This document shows, piece after piece, positions 50,101-63,002 of a stretch of 64,000 bases of DNA. The number at the start of each line of letters is the position of its first letter. The stretch's first letter is position 1. The DNA is from Dendrobates tinctorius (lineage: Eukaryota): contig NW_027361788.1 in NCBI RefSeq assembly GCF_039654945.1, forward strand, positions 41,292,001 to 41,356,000, given 5' to 3'. The notes beneath the pieces are model-generated. The model had not been told where the DNA came from, ran no database searches, and was given only the letters and a program-made list of their open reading frames with translations. A program made the position numbers and the translations under genes.

Positions 50101-53100
50101 CAGGATTCTGATTGAGCTGCCCGGGACTCTTCTCAAGTTCCTTCCTTCACCAAGGATGGTTGGAAAAGACCAATATCACCAACAGTGAGTGAGAACACCT
50201 AACACACCTTTATAGTTAGGAGCCAGAGTCTCACACCTGTTAGAGATTCCCGTGCAATAACGCTCACCACCACCAGGGGCAAACTAGAACAAAAGACACC
50301 ACTGTGTAATAACCCTAATGGCCACCGGGGGCAAAACTAACTCTAAGCAACCAGCTCAAAGGAAAAAAAAGGTTACTTATTCAAAAACCTGTCATATCCA
50401 ACCTGGATCATGACACTTGGGTGTTATGCTGCTGCCACTAGGAGGCTGACACTAAGAAAAATACAAAAAGATTAGCTCCTCCTGTGCAGTATACACCCAC
50501 ACACTGGCTCCAGCTCAAACCAGTTCATACTTAGTGCCTGTAGTAGGCACATGGGTCTGGTCTCCAGACCACAATTTTTTTTTTCAATATTACTTTTATT
50601 TTTTATTCTTATTCCTTTTTAATGGATTAGAAGAGGCGTCTGATCCCTTCATGGTTCCGATTTCCCCAAACCAACAACAGGCGGGATCGTGGAGTGTCGC
50701 CTTCACGTACCCTCCTGCACCATTGAAAGGTATGCCTGAGCTCTCTTCAGGGACGACGGGTCCCTTAAGGGCACCGATGTCCCCACACCACAACAGATGG
50801 GAACATGGAGTGTCACCTCCAAGTACCCCCTTCTGCAGCCAGGCTCATTACAGCCGGCCAACAGCCGTGTTCTATCCTGGGGGAGTGAACCCCTAGGTTG
50901 TCCTGAGGCGATTATGGCATCCTTGTGGCCCCCACTGCATGACCACTGACAAACAGCAGCGATGGAAGGAGGCGGACGGTCCCTCTCCAACTCGCGGACA
51001 ACAGGATGGTGGATGGAGGGTCCCCTGCACCGTCCACATTGCAGCACTTGCAGGCGAAGCGCTTCGTCCTCCGGATCTCTGTGGCCCTGAAATGCAACAC
51101 CATCTACGCTGACGTAGTCTCCCGTGGCGGCGCTATGCCGGGAGGCGCATCGTCGGTAAGAGATTCCACGTCGGCGGCGTCCCCCACCCCCGGGTATCGC
51201 TCCTGCCGACCGCAGAAATTTAGGCCCCGGCTTGGGCCTATTCACGGAGCAATCCCAAGACTCCACCCACCAGACGACGTTGCGCCCGTAGCCCCGACCC
51301 ACGAACTGGCGCTTCTCACTCACTGTGAAACTTCTGCCTCTGCAACTCCCAGGGGCCATCTTAATACACCCAGACGGCTCTCGGAAGAATTGGGAAGAAT
51401 CCTCAATCTTGGCGCGGCGCCAAGCTGATACCAGGGCATTTTTAAAGGGACACAACGGATCTGCAGCACTCACGGGCAACAGGACCTTGGTAAGAGCCCT
51501 GACCCTGCAACAGATATCAGCCCACATTGGCCCTTCCCTGCAGTTCCTTTATACCCTATTGAAGGATATTAACAGCATAAGAAGTCAGGGGCACACTGTG
51601 GTGCATTATGTCACTCCTTAAAAAGGGTAACAAAGTACATATGATGGATTTCACTTCTGGTACTACCTGCCAGACTTTGTTGCCGCAGGGACATAATATC
51701 CCACCTTGCAGGGACTGTGATCCCGCATGCACTGAGAGCCCATTGCCGCTACCAAACCAAGGGTACATAGCCCCCCTGAGCGGGCTTCGTCGCTGTCATC
51801 ACTGGCAAAGAGATACAGTCCCTCCTTTATCGGCCGGGGCCTTCGCCAGACTGTCTCGGAGGATACTTCCACCTCACATTACAGAGGGGCAACGGATCCT
51901 TTATGGGCTCCATCCTCCCCAAACCTACAACAGGCGGGAAAGTGGAGTGTCGCCTCCACGTACCCCCTCCTGCATTCTTTTTTTTTGTTATGGGCATTGC
52001 GTGATATTTCAGGGCGACGGACCCCTTCAGGGTACCGTTCTCACCACACCGGCAACCGATGGGAACGGGGAGTGTTGCCTCCACATACCCCGTCTGCATC
52101 CACGCTCATACCACCCTTTTTTCCTTGCGCCGGACCAACAGCCTGACCCATCCTCGGGCAGTTAGTCCTTTGGATATCCAGAGGCATTTACAATGTGCGG
52201 GCAGTGCCCTCCACATCTCCTCTGATGAACAGCGGCGATGGCAGGAAGATAGACAGTTCTTCTCCCCTCCTCTGACCTAGGAGTGGGTAGACGGAAGGCT
52301 AGGACATAGTTCGCCAGCTCAGAGAGCGACCGGACAAACGCTTCGGAAGTCAGAAGCCTATAGAGGCGAGATACCATTTTCTCCGGATTGCGGAAGAAAT
52401 AGGAAGAATCCCCTCTGGTTGATCTGCCTGCCCTCACGCATGGCCTCGAAAACCCTTCGGTCCTTACCAGAGGGTTCCTCATTAAAGACCCCATGGACCA
52501 GCAGATCGAAGAACCGAATGGGTCAGGTTCTCTAGATTCGGGCTCTGCACTCCACCTCTTTTGCTGCAGTGCCTGTATCTAAAGCTATGGTCTCTTGGGC
52601 TGATATCCTGAGCAGGACTATACAGGACAGTGATCTTCCTCTGGAAGCAGCAGAGCTAGCCTATCAGTTCTCAGTCGGAGAATATTTGTTGCACGCGTTC
52701 CTACACTTGGCTCTGTGCTGCACTTACATTCGCAACTACCATCCATATCCAACAGACACTGTGACTCAGGATGGCGAGCGGACTCTGCGTCCAAAAAGTC
52801 TTTGACGTCTCTGCCCTACCTGAGAGGGCGTTTATTCGGTGAGAAGCTGCATGAGCTTATCTATGATGCCACAGGAGAAAAAAGTACGTTCCCTCCCCAG
52901 CAAAGGACTAGGCGTCCTTTTCGTCGTCAACAATAGGCTCGATTTCCAGTCCTTTCGTAGGCGAATGTCTGCTCTTATATCGTCATATCTAGCTCTCCGT
53001 CCTTCACCACGAATGGGTCGCCTGATGTCCTCCGGATACAATACAGAGCTTCCTCCCGGCCTCCAGCACGGTTCTTCCCTTATTGTCCCCCCAAAACAGT

Positions 53101-56100
53101 TGTGCGGGCTCGGCCTTCCTAGCGAGTCATCGCTTTATTACGCCAAGATGGGTCATCATTCTAGTCCCAGAAAGCGAGAAGTGTCTAGGGGGTCTAGTCT
53201 AACTTATTTGTGCTGAAGACTAACAGAATGGTACGGCCCATCCTGGACCTAAAGTTAGTCACCAAGCTCGTCAGGATCCTTCAGGATGGAGTCCCTCGGC
53301 TCTGTTATCACTTCAATGTAGAAGTGGGAGTCCCTAGCATCCATCAACATATAATAGTAATAATAAATTTTATTTCTATAGCGCCGACATATTCCGCAGC
53401 ACTTTACATTTCAGAGGGGATTTGTACAGACAATAGACATTACAGCATAACAATAATCACAGATTATAACAAATACCAAGGGGAAAGAGGGCCCTGCTCG
53501 CAAGCTTACAGTCTATGAGGAAAGAGGTAGACACGAAAGGGGGTGGCAACATACGGGATGCTTACCTTCATATTCCTCTTTTTCTGACTCACCAAAGATT
53601 CCTGCGCTTCGCCGTCTGAGAGGAGCATTTCCAGTTTACCGCTTTGCCATTCGGCCTCACCACTGCTCCCAGGGCGTGCACTCTTGGGGCATGATCATTA
53701 TGCCATACCTAGACAACGTCCTGATCAAGGGGCCGTCTTTCCCAGCCTGCGCGCAGGCGTCCGTATCTCTTTGGACACATTTTCTCACCTGGGCTGGCTG
53801 ATAAATCTTCCCCAATCCCGGCTCAGCGGATATCCCTTTCAGGAATGACCCTGCACTCTTCCCGAGGGTTGGTATTTTTTCCTCGAGACGATCAGGGTCT
53901 TGACACCCTTCATCAGGGTGTTCGAGCACTTTGTTGCCCATTTCCTCATTATCGGCCTGCGACAGGAATCCATTCTCTCTTGACTGTTTATGCCGCTTGC
54001 CTCCGCGGGTCAAGCGGGCATTCAGGTGGTGGACGTTGCGGTCTTCCCTCACCCAGGGAAATTCTTTTACCCCCAGTGCAATAGCCAGTTGTCTCCACCG
54101 ACAAAAGTCTTCTGGGCTGGGGGGCGGTATTTCGTCATCACACGGCCCAGGGGAACTGGCCATTTTGGGAGTTGCCTCTTTTATTTAACGTCTTCGAGAT
54201 CTGGGCGATTCGGTTGTGCCTGCGGCGGTTCCATCACCTCTTAGCGGTTCATACAAATACAATTGGACAATGCGTATATCATACATCAAGAGGGGCATCT
54301 GCAGCAGGGCGGCAATGCGTGAGGTGGAACACATTCTCCGCTGGCCTGAGATGTCACACTCAGTCATCTCAGCGGTTCACATCCCGAACGTGGAAAACTG
54401 GGCGGCAGACTTTCTCAGCCGTCAGAGACTTGCTTTGGGAGAGTGGTCACTTCATCCGGAGGTATTCCAACAGATTTGTCATCGCGGGGGACTCCGGATG
54501 TGGACCAGGGCATCAAGGTTAAACCCCAGAGTACCTGGGCTCAGAGCCAGTCCCAGGATCCAGAGGTCAATTTCTTCCATTACTTCCGAGGATAATCAAG
54601 AAGATCAAGGCGGAAGGGATTCCGGTGATCTTTATCTCTCCGGAATGGTGTGGTACGCCAAATTGGTTCAGCTCATCATCATCGTTCCCTGGAGTTTACT
54701 GGATCGACAAGATTTGCTGTCTCCCAGGGCCCAATTTGCTATCAGAACCCAAGGGCTCTGTGCTTAATGGCCTGGCCGTTAATTCCTGGGTCCTAACCCA
54801 AGTTGGATTCTCCCGAGAAGAGGTTTTCCTCGATGTTTTGCGCTTGGAAACCTGCATTGGGGCGCATTTATCACCACACCTGAAAAGCATTTTTCCTATG
54901 GGCAGGGATCGCCGTCATTCTCCTCTTGCCTTCTTCGTTCTGACCATCTTGCAGTTCTTTCACACTGGGCTGGTCTCAGTCCTAGACCTTAGTTCTCTCA
55001 AAGGACAGATCTCTGTATTATCAGTTTTGTTTCAGCACCGGATTGATTCTAAGCTGCAGGTGAAGACTTTCATTCAGGTGGTCTCCCTCGTGGTACCCCT
55101 CGTGGTACCCCCCTACAGAGGGCCGTTGGACGGCTGGGGCCCTAACTTGGTCCTGGGCATTCCGCAGTGAATTTAGATTGTGAGCCCCATAGGGGACAGT
55201 GGCAATAATGTCTGTAAAGCACTGTGGAATTAATGGTGCTATATAAATGAGTAAAATAAATAAATATATAAAATAGGTATATATACGGTATAAACATATT
55301 TAATACGTACATGTACATACGCACATTGAACACACATATAAAATACTTACATTGACATAACCTATTCACATTACATAAATGTATATGAAATACATATACA
55401 TGTTTATACACATTACACAAATAAAATGTACATATACATACTGTACACATACACATTAAACACGTATATAAAGTAAGAAAAAAAAAAAATCGAACTATAG
55501 TCAGCTCACCCTTCTGTGAAGTCTTCATTAAGCAGCTGGCACTCAGCACGGTTCCATAGAGCAAACATACGGTACTTGGGAAGAGAAAAAAAAGAAAAAA
55601 ACTAGCGAGTAGATCGCAGACTAAAATATAACCTTTAATCCATTAGGTTAAAACATGAATGGCACAGGATTGCCGGGCATGTAGAAAAACACTTCAGAAA
55701 CAGATGACGCGTTTCGACAAAACAGTCTTCATCAAGATTGGTTATATTTTAGTTTGCGATCTACTCGCTGGTTTTTTTCTTTTTTTTTTCCTCTTCCCAC
55801 GTATATAAAATAGGTACAAGCATATGTAAATACACATTACGCGCACATATACATAAAATATGAAAATAAACATGAATATATTACACCTTACACAAATGTA
55901 AAATACATGTACACATTACACACAAACACATACATAAAATACGTACATATACATACTGTACATATACACATGTATGTATTTATACATTCATATACAAAAT
56001 ATGCACAGACCCATAAATTCCTCCATGTTCCTCCCAGGCAGACTATGGCTGATCCCTGGGGATCACAATGTCGGGACCCCTTTAAGGGCTAATTCTAGAC

Positions 56101-56850
56101 CGGACTCCGACCTCGGTGGATGTAGCGACGACTGCACATTTGAGTCTCTCTCCATTCACTAGCCATGGTAGCTTACTTTGCTGGTTTCTATTCTTCTAGA
56201 AGTGAATGGAAGGAGCCACATGTGTGCAGCCAGCCCTCCATTCACAGCAGCCGTGTGATGGGGCTGAGGACCCCCTGTTCTTGAGATAGGCGAAGGTCCT
56301 ACCCTGGGACCCTCACCCATAGACATTTATGGCACCTCCCGTGGAATACAAGACCATATTACGCATTGTCCAGTGGACAGTCCAGTCCCTGAAAGGGCCC
56401 AGTATTAATTGTCCTCCTCTTCTCCTCTGTCTTAGGATCGTGGTTTATGGACAGGAGGTAATGGATTTGGTGAAGTCGTCCGGGATTTACAACTTCACGA
56501 AGGAGCTGCACCTCAGTGAAGCAGAGGTACGATCCAATATGGGAGACACAGACGTTGTCCAGGTCCCCCAAAAACATAGAATATATAATGAGCTCTAATA
56601 AAGAGGGATCTGGTGGCTAATGGTCTGGTCGGGAACCCTGCAAAGCCTCCTGTCCTAGATGGATACGCAGATTTATCCTCGGTAACCCTGGCATGTTCTG
56701 TTCTCGCAGGCCCTGAAGGTCAGTGACCATTACCCGGTCGAGATGGATCTGGACCTGGTTCTGGGTGGCTGCCGGACTCTCCTTCCATCACTCACACTCA
56801 TTATTCTCAGCCTCCTGTGGATTCATGAACTTTCCGTAAGTCAGAAGTGA
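47154..56850 (+). CDS. dnase1l1: Deoxyribonuclease-1-like 1 (DNase X), 307 aa, 8 coding exons, C-terminal hydrophobic GPI-type signal
   Basis: Exons 47154-47291, 47422-47510, 47585-47665, 48253-48365, 48480-48592, 48859-49016, 56436-56526, 56710-56850 (924 nt, GT-AG). Signal peptide then FRICAFN, LQEV, AREP, PQHT, GDFNAGC, CPYDR, SDHYPVE; tail LLPSLTLIILSLLW. Divergent from tafazzin as in the mammalian TAZ-DNASE1L1 locus. Confidence 0.92.
49129..49302 (+). mobile_element. Tc1-like terminal inverted repeat fragment
   Basis: TA-cagcgggggaaataattatttgatccc start; ends where the DIRS-like element begins. Confidence 0.7.
49337..50415. mobile_element. Solo LTR (1079 bp) inserted into the DIRS left end
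   Basis: TGTCATG...CATGACA termini with 5-bp TSD CTTGG (49332-49336, 50416-50420); internal tandem repeats at ~49810-50100. Confidence 0.8.
53351..53545 (-). mobile_element. L2/SINE 3'-tail fragment inserted in the DIRS RT region
   Basis: Reverse complement of the tail ..gtgctgcggaatatgtcggcgctatagaaataaaatttattatt. Confidence 0.65.
55475..55803 (-). mobile_element. Penelope-like non-autonomous fragment with degenerate minimal hammerhead and inverted terminal segment
   Basis: Minus strand TTGATGA agac tgtttt gtc GAAACGCGTC at ~55706-55735; 55572-55633 is inverted against 55740-55803. Confidence 0.55.
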
Positions 56851-57300
56851 CGATCCTGCGCCAGGGATGAATTCTCCAAATTCAGGAGCTAGGGCAATGC
56901 CAAGAGGCCGACGTGCCGTAAGGGCAAAGAAAAACCATCACAAAACTGAATGACTGCCCCCATATGGATCATGTTGGCTTATATATGGCCTCGTCCCGTG
57001 CCTGGCCTCCAGGGGCACATATACTATTGGTGCTGCCTCTCAGGGGCCCAAGAAGTAAAGGGCCACTACCACTTACAAAGCAGCTTCTGCCACAGACACA
57101 TTGGTGGATAGCAAAGGGCCCATATACTGTTCTTGCGAAGGTGCCCCTGGGCTGTTTTTTATTTGCAGGAAAGGGTTAAGCTCCACGATCTCTACCTCTC
57201 GGACTCCTCTTCTGTATCACTCATGGATAATTATGGTGTACATATCTGCGACTGAAATTTCTCTCCTAGTGCTCAATACAGGGTAGACCCCAACCTGCAC

Positions 57301-57715
57301 CCTCCTGACAATCATAAACAAAGAAGAAGAAACGATCAAAGAATCCCAAAAGCATATAGAAAATGCAAAATTCACTTTATTAATTAAATATTCTTACAGG
57401 ATAATTGGAAGCACAATAGGAGACAAAGATCCAAGCCAATTGCACATGTAGGGAAACAAAAGGACATACACAGGTGGGGGAGGGGGAAAAATTGAATGTG
57501 AATAACATTCAATAGCCGGCTACTAGTGTATGCTCCCATGCATATTGCACTACCCCCAATTGGCCTATGTAAATTGCAAGAACAGACATCTTATTGTAAA
57601 CATGCTACACTTGTGCAGTAATGAAAGTGTTAAGTATTTACCTGATCAGACCAAAAGCAGCCCACCCGGTGTGTCCACCCCGACGCGTGTTTCAGCGTGA
57701 TGGCCTCCTGACAAT
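57301..57715 (-). mobile_element. Penelope-like non-autonomous insert with truncated hammerhead and 12-bp TSD
   Basis: cctcctgacaat at 57301-57312 and 57704-57715. The minus strand begins ..ggccatcacgctGAAACACGCGTCgggg and has AATAAA near its 3' end. Confidence 0.6.
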
Positions 57716-58669
57716 GACATCACTGTGCCGCCAGATGGTGCCACTTTCATGTAATCTAATGCCCTCTGGTGGCAGAAACATGAAACACAATGGAGACTTA
57801 ATCCCAGCTCTCGTGCCTTGTGAATTGTGCTCAGTCCTTGTGCCACTTTTTGTAACTCTCGTTCTGTGCTCTCGTGTTACTGACTCTCCACCTTTGTATG
57901 GTACCAACGGGCATTATAATAATGTTATAGCGGGTGGCAGGTACCGATCCGGGTCCTGCTTCACCTCTATGTTTACATTATACTGAACATTGTTGCATTA
58001 AATCCTTTTGATATTCTACATGTGCAGTGTTTCACTATTTTATATCACAGGTCGATAATTCACAGGTTGGCAATACATGGCATTCCCTGCTCGCCTGGGT
58101 TTAATGGACCTTCCTTATGTTTGATCTACTATATCACATTAAACATTGTTCTACCCTCTAAAGTATGGAAAAATGTTTCCAAAAACAGCGCCACACTTGT
58201 CTGACGGTTGTGTGTGGTACTGCAGCTCAGACCTATTCACTTCAAATGACCTCATCGTGGTGCCCTTTTTCTGGAGGAAAGTAGCCATGTTTGGGAAAGC
58301 AGAGTGACAATTATTATGGCGGTTACAGGACAGGCCCCATGTGGGTATAGTGTACCCCCCCCGGCAGCAGATCCTGTCCCTTCTCTACTGTTCTAGAGCC
58401 GGGTCCCTGCTGAGCTGGTGCTGACACAGCAGCCGCATCCGTCCCACATTGTATGTGTTATAATAGACGGCCGCTCTGTTTCATGCCTCCATGGTCTCCT
58501 GAATTTTCTGCACCCTCTTCCGTCATCCATTGAGTCCTGCGTCGCTACTGACAGTTTAGACGTCCTCAGCTATAGACCCAGATACTGACCGCTCTGTACG
58601 GTGTCCGTCCTCCATCCGATGGGTGTTCTGTATACATCGGCCATATTCTGCGCTCACCGGGGACAGGAT

Positions 58670-58678
58670 TATATAGAG
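58670..58678 (+). promoter_or_regulatory. Candidate TATA box of the second DNase gene
   Basis: TATATAGAG about 70 bp upstream of an ATG in a strong Kozak context (cccaccATG, 58742). Confidence 0.4.
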
Positions 58679-58741
58679 CAGAGCGCCCCATTGATAGGTC
58701 CTCAACCACACTAACTACGCATTCTACATCTATATCCCACC

Positions 58742-61700
58742 ATGAGATCCTCCCTGCTTCTGATTCTGGGTCTGCAAGTCGCCATCGCTTTTAAAATCTG
58801 CGCTTTTAATATCAAGAGTTTTGGAGAAGCCAAAGCATCGAATAAGAAGATTATGAGCGTTCTGGTAAAGGTGGGTGATTTTCTGTCTGGTAAGTATTGT
58901 GCATCCATGCATCGCCCTATAGTGATCATACACATTAAAGGGGTTAAATGTCCATAGGACAGGTGATGAGTGACCCCTGGGACCCTCTTTGGTGTCCCCC
59001 CTGTATGAATGGCGCAGCTGTCGCACATGTGCAGTGCCACTTTCTCATCATCTATGGGACTGGGGGGTATAACAAATCCTATATACCCCCTTAAAGACCC
59101 CCGTTCTTCACATATCCGTCTCTCTTCATTCTAGATTCTTGCTCGCTGTGACATTAGTGCAATTCAAGAAGTGCGAGACTCCAAGGGAGAAGCGGTTCCT
59201 GCTCTGGTGTCTGAGCTCAACAGGTAAACTGACTGCAGTAGATGATGGGAGTCATTGTTCCCATGTGTTAAGATACCAGACACCATGTACTGATAGGTGC
59301 CAGCAATCAGAGGTCATGGGGTCCGTGCAGCGAGATCCTCCTATGGGGATGACGTGGGTGTACATGGCCACCTCATCATGTGCAAGCACTTAGAATACAG
59401 TAAGGATGACGAGGCTTCGTTTTTCGGTAGATTTGATGGCGTCCATCACTACCAGCACCTGGAGAGCAAGAGGCTGGGGAAGAACAGCTACAAGGAGCAG
59501 TTTGTGTTCATCTACAGGTACAGCCAAGGTCGTTCGAACATTGTGCACAAATTTATTGTCACAGATCTAAAAGGCTTGTTAATGAACTTCTGCTAGTACA
59601 ACTCTTGGAGTGCGGTATACACTTTTTGCACTTCCTATACCTATTGAATGTGGGCGGCCAGATCTATCTGATGTGTTAGTGACGTTTTCTTGTACACTAG
59701 AGCAGACACCTTGCAGGTGATGGACTGGTACCAGTATGTGGAGGATCATCCCGATCACCCAGAAGCCTTTGCACGAGAACCCTTTGCCGTCCGCTTTCTG
59801 TCCCCCACGACAGGTCGGCCACATTACCCGCCTTACCTTGTATATTCACCCTGAGCCCTAATCACAGCCTTACAGACTCCTTCTCTTTTGCAGTTATTAA
59901 AGATTTCGTTCTGATGTCTCACCACACGTGTCCGAGCCGAGCGGCCAGTGAGATTAATAGGCTCTTACATGTCATGCTGCAGGTGAAGAGCCGCTGGAAA
60001 ATTGAGGTGGGTTAAAAAAAGTGTACAAGAAAAATACACGTATGTACATAATAGCCACTGTATGGACCCCGAAAACAGACAGGGGTATTTGCAGCAATCA
60101 GAGGCAAAACTGCAGCTCTCATGCTTCCTTTCATACATATGGGCACTTCTACATAAGAAAACAGTAGTCCACTCCAGCTTCCACTAGGGGAGGTCACTGC
60201 ATTAACACCATTGTCTATTCTATATGTAAAGAGCTCCATCTAGTGGTGACTGGAGGTAATGATATTGGTTCTGGTATCTATCCCTTTAAGATCACAACTC
60301 TTCCTCTTCTCACTATACTCCCTGCATTTTATCAGAGCCTGATGCTCCTCGGAGACTTGAACGCTGCATGTGGCTATGTCACAGCAGAGGAATGGAGGAA
60401 CATTCAGCTCCAGAGCGGCGACACTTTCCACTGGCTGATTGGTGATAAAGATGACACTACGGTGAAGCAGAAGACACACTGTGCATATGACCGGTAATTC
60501 TAGGATTGGGACATGGCCTGTAAAGGGGATTTATAAGACTTAGCCTATCCTATCAATATCTGATAGAGATTTGACTTCCTGAACCCCCCCCCCGCCCCTA
60601 CTGATCAGCTGACTTGTTACCACGCCATACATTTTATAGTGGCTGCGCCTGATACTGCAGCTCAGTCTGATTGAAATGGACAGGACTGAGTTGCAATACC
60701 AGGCATGGCCACTAGATAAAGTACTGTGACCCTGACATTAGCTTATTGGGACACCAACCATAGCCGTGAGGGTGCTTTTTTTTTTCCCTTATAACCTCTT
60801 TAATTTTTCTATGTGTTTTATTGATGCAAGCAAATCTGGAGCACTCTATATTACGGTGTGCACACGCTGCGGATCCGCAGCGGTTTCTGCTTCAGTGTAC
60901 AGTACCATAATATCCTATGGGAAATGGAAACCGCAGTGCAGACGGTGCGGATTTGCTGCAGTTTCTAATCCGCAGAAAGAAATGACATCATTCTTTCTGC
61001 AGATTCCGCTGCAGTTTTCCATCTCCTCCATTGTAGAGGTGATAAACCGCAGGCTAATCCGCAGATACCTGCGGATTTTGCAAAATCCACACGGATCAAT
61101 CTGCAGCGTGTGCACACACCCTTATAGTACATATGCAGAATTTGGCAAAGGTTTTTTTTTTTCCTTTCTGTATGTCATTCATCAAGAATTGTGGTACATG
61201 GAGAAGAACTTCTTAAAGGGATTGTACCGGGTACTGCAAAACCGTTCAATTTCAAGAGAAAACTTGGTTTATCTGAGGAGGAGGTAAGTCCTGTTTTATT
61301 ATCATGGACCCAACATAGTCATAAAAGCTTTATTAGACGGATGGTAAATGTGTGATCTAAACCAGGGATGTAAAAGTAAAATACACAGAGGACCAAAATT
61401 AAAAACTTTGACAATGTCATGGGGCCAACCTTGATATTAATTAGAAAAAAAAGTCTACATTTGATGTAATTATCAAATATAACTATAAACTTTTTTTTTT
61501 TTTATATAGAAACAAACTTAAAGGGTCGGTCTCTCCTATAAACAAATTGCATCTTAATGAATAGATCTTACGAATCAAAATATATGTTTGGAGAATTGGG
61601 AATTTCTTATGGGCAAGGGCATACATAGAAATCATGAGACCCCATAGCAGAACTTCTAAGCCATTTCAACCACCAAAAAAACCTTACTATTTGGTGGGGG

Positions 61701-62380
61701 TGACAAAATAGCACCTCACAGCACTTAATGTAATTTTCCTCCTATTGAAGCACCTACCTTGAAGGCCTTTTATTGCCCCCCACAGTATGTGTGCGCAGGA
61801 TACAGTGAATTCCTTCAAGTATCCTCTGCACACACTGTATAATGACCCTCCTATTAAAAAAATACTCTCCTTGTTCCCCTGCTGCTCCGGTCTCCATGGT
61901 GAGTGAGCATGCTCAAATTCTATTATGTTCCAGTCCCCGCGGCTGCATGTCTAGAGCCGCAACACATGCAGGGATCTCCCCAGTCCTCTGGTTGCTTCCT
62001 CTTTTCCCTCTGGGTCTTCAGGTGGTGTTATGGCCAACTAAGCTACACATGGATAAAGGGCCATAACAGCATGAAAGAAATCAGCAGCCAGACCCCTAGG
62101 GCTCATGTTAACCATTGATCCTTGGATGTCATTGATCCCCCCCCCATATTGCATACATGTCATGAATAGGTCCATCGATAAGAGTTGCAGATTATTCAAT
62201 AGCTGATCTGTCTGGAAACCCCCATACACATCAATACATTGGCCAGCATGTCTGCACATCTAATGGATATGCCAGTGATCCCCTATAATCTGTTACATTC
62301 TTCAGGCGCTGGAAGTGAGTGACCATTTTCCAGTAGAAGTGAATCTTCGGGCCGATCCACGGATGGACAGAGAGTTATGA
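58742..62380 (+). CDS. DNase I-family protein (tandem DNASE1L1-like paralogue), 286 aa, 8 exons, C-terminus ..PRMDREL
   Basis: Exons 58742-58870, 59135-59223, 59431-59517, 59701-59813, 59894-60006, 60336-60493, 61187-61283, 62306-62380 (861 nt, GT-AG). Signal peptide then FKICAFN, QEVRD, SYKEQ, AREP, HHT, GDLNAAC, HCAYDR, SDHFPVE. Confidence 0.94.
60851..61124. mobile_element. Palindromic Harbinger-like MITE
   Basis: Ends ggtgtgcacacgctgcggat / atctgcagcgtgtgcacacaccctta. Confidence 0.7.
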
Positions 62381-62387
62381 TCAGTGT

Positions 62388-62393
62388 AATAAA
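62388..62393 (+). terminator. Polyadenylation signal of the second DNase gene
   Basis: AATAAA 8 nt after the stop codon. Confidence 0.6.
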
Positions 62394-62726
62394 GCGATTC
62401 CACACTCATGACAGGGCTCTGGCTATTCTTATACTATAAAAGCCTGGTCTACTATAAGTAGTCAGATCACAATGGTGTAGCGGCTGCTCACATATGGCCA
62501 TTTGTCAGTATCCTTTGTGGTTCTTCATACAACCCTGACAATCAGTGGTTTAGTGCAACCTAGGGGATGCACAGGAAAGTTTAGGGATTACCCCAACTAC
62601 TGGTGAGCCAAAGCTGCTGCCTTATGTGCCTGCCTGAGGTTATCAGTTCAGGTCAGAAATCTAGTGATGAGAGTGCATGCACTGCTGTTATCCAAGCATC
62701 TTAGGCATGCTTGGATAATATAAATA

Positions 62727-63002
62727 GTAATCTTTATTTTTATATAGCGCTAACATATTCCACAGCACTTTACAGTTTGCACACATGATCATCACTGTCC
62801 CCGATAGGGAATTTAGATTGTGTGCCCCATCAGTATGTCTTTGGAATGTGGGAGGAAACTAGAGTACCCAGAGGAAACCCACGCAAACACGGGGAGATCA
62901 TATGTTTTAAACTCCTTGCAGATGTTGTCCTTGGTGAGATTCAAACCCAGGACCCCAGAGCTACAAGGCTGCAGTGCTATCCACTCAGCTGCAGTGCTGT
63001 CC
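62727..63002 (-). mobile_element. V-SINE, same family as 45343-45596
   Basis: Reverse-complement match to the V-domain and tail. Confidence 0.85.

Larger units (their letters stand above)
49300..55168 (+). mobile_element. Degenerate DIRS1-like tyrosine-recombinase retrotransposon in dnase1l1 intron 6
   Basis: Left end ttttctcc..catgggggaacacagaaccttgg|gtgttatgctgctgccactaggagg. RT remnants RPILDLK, FQFTALPFGL and PYLDN; RNase H ISAVHIPNVENWAADFLSR; start of recombinase SSLKGQISVLSVLFQ. Many stops and frameshifts. Confidence 0.85.

Noticed and set aside
50703-51527. 274-aa minus-strand ORF
   Set aside because: It lies antisense within GC-rich DIRS sequence and shows no recognisable motifs.
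55270-56000. 140-aa Tyr/Cys/Val-rich ORF and similar short ORFs
   Set aside because: Low-complexity AC/AT-rich sequence.
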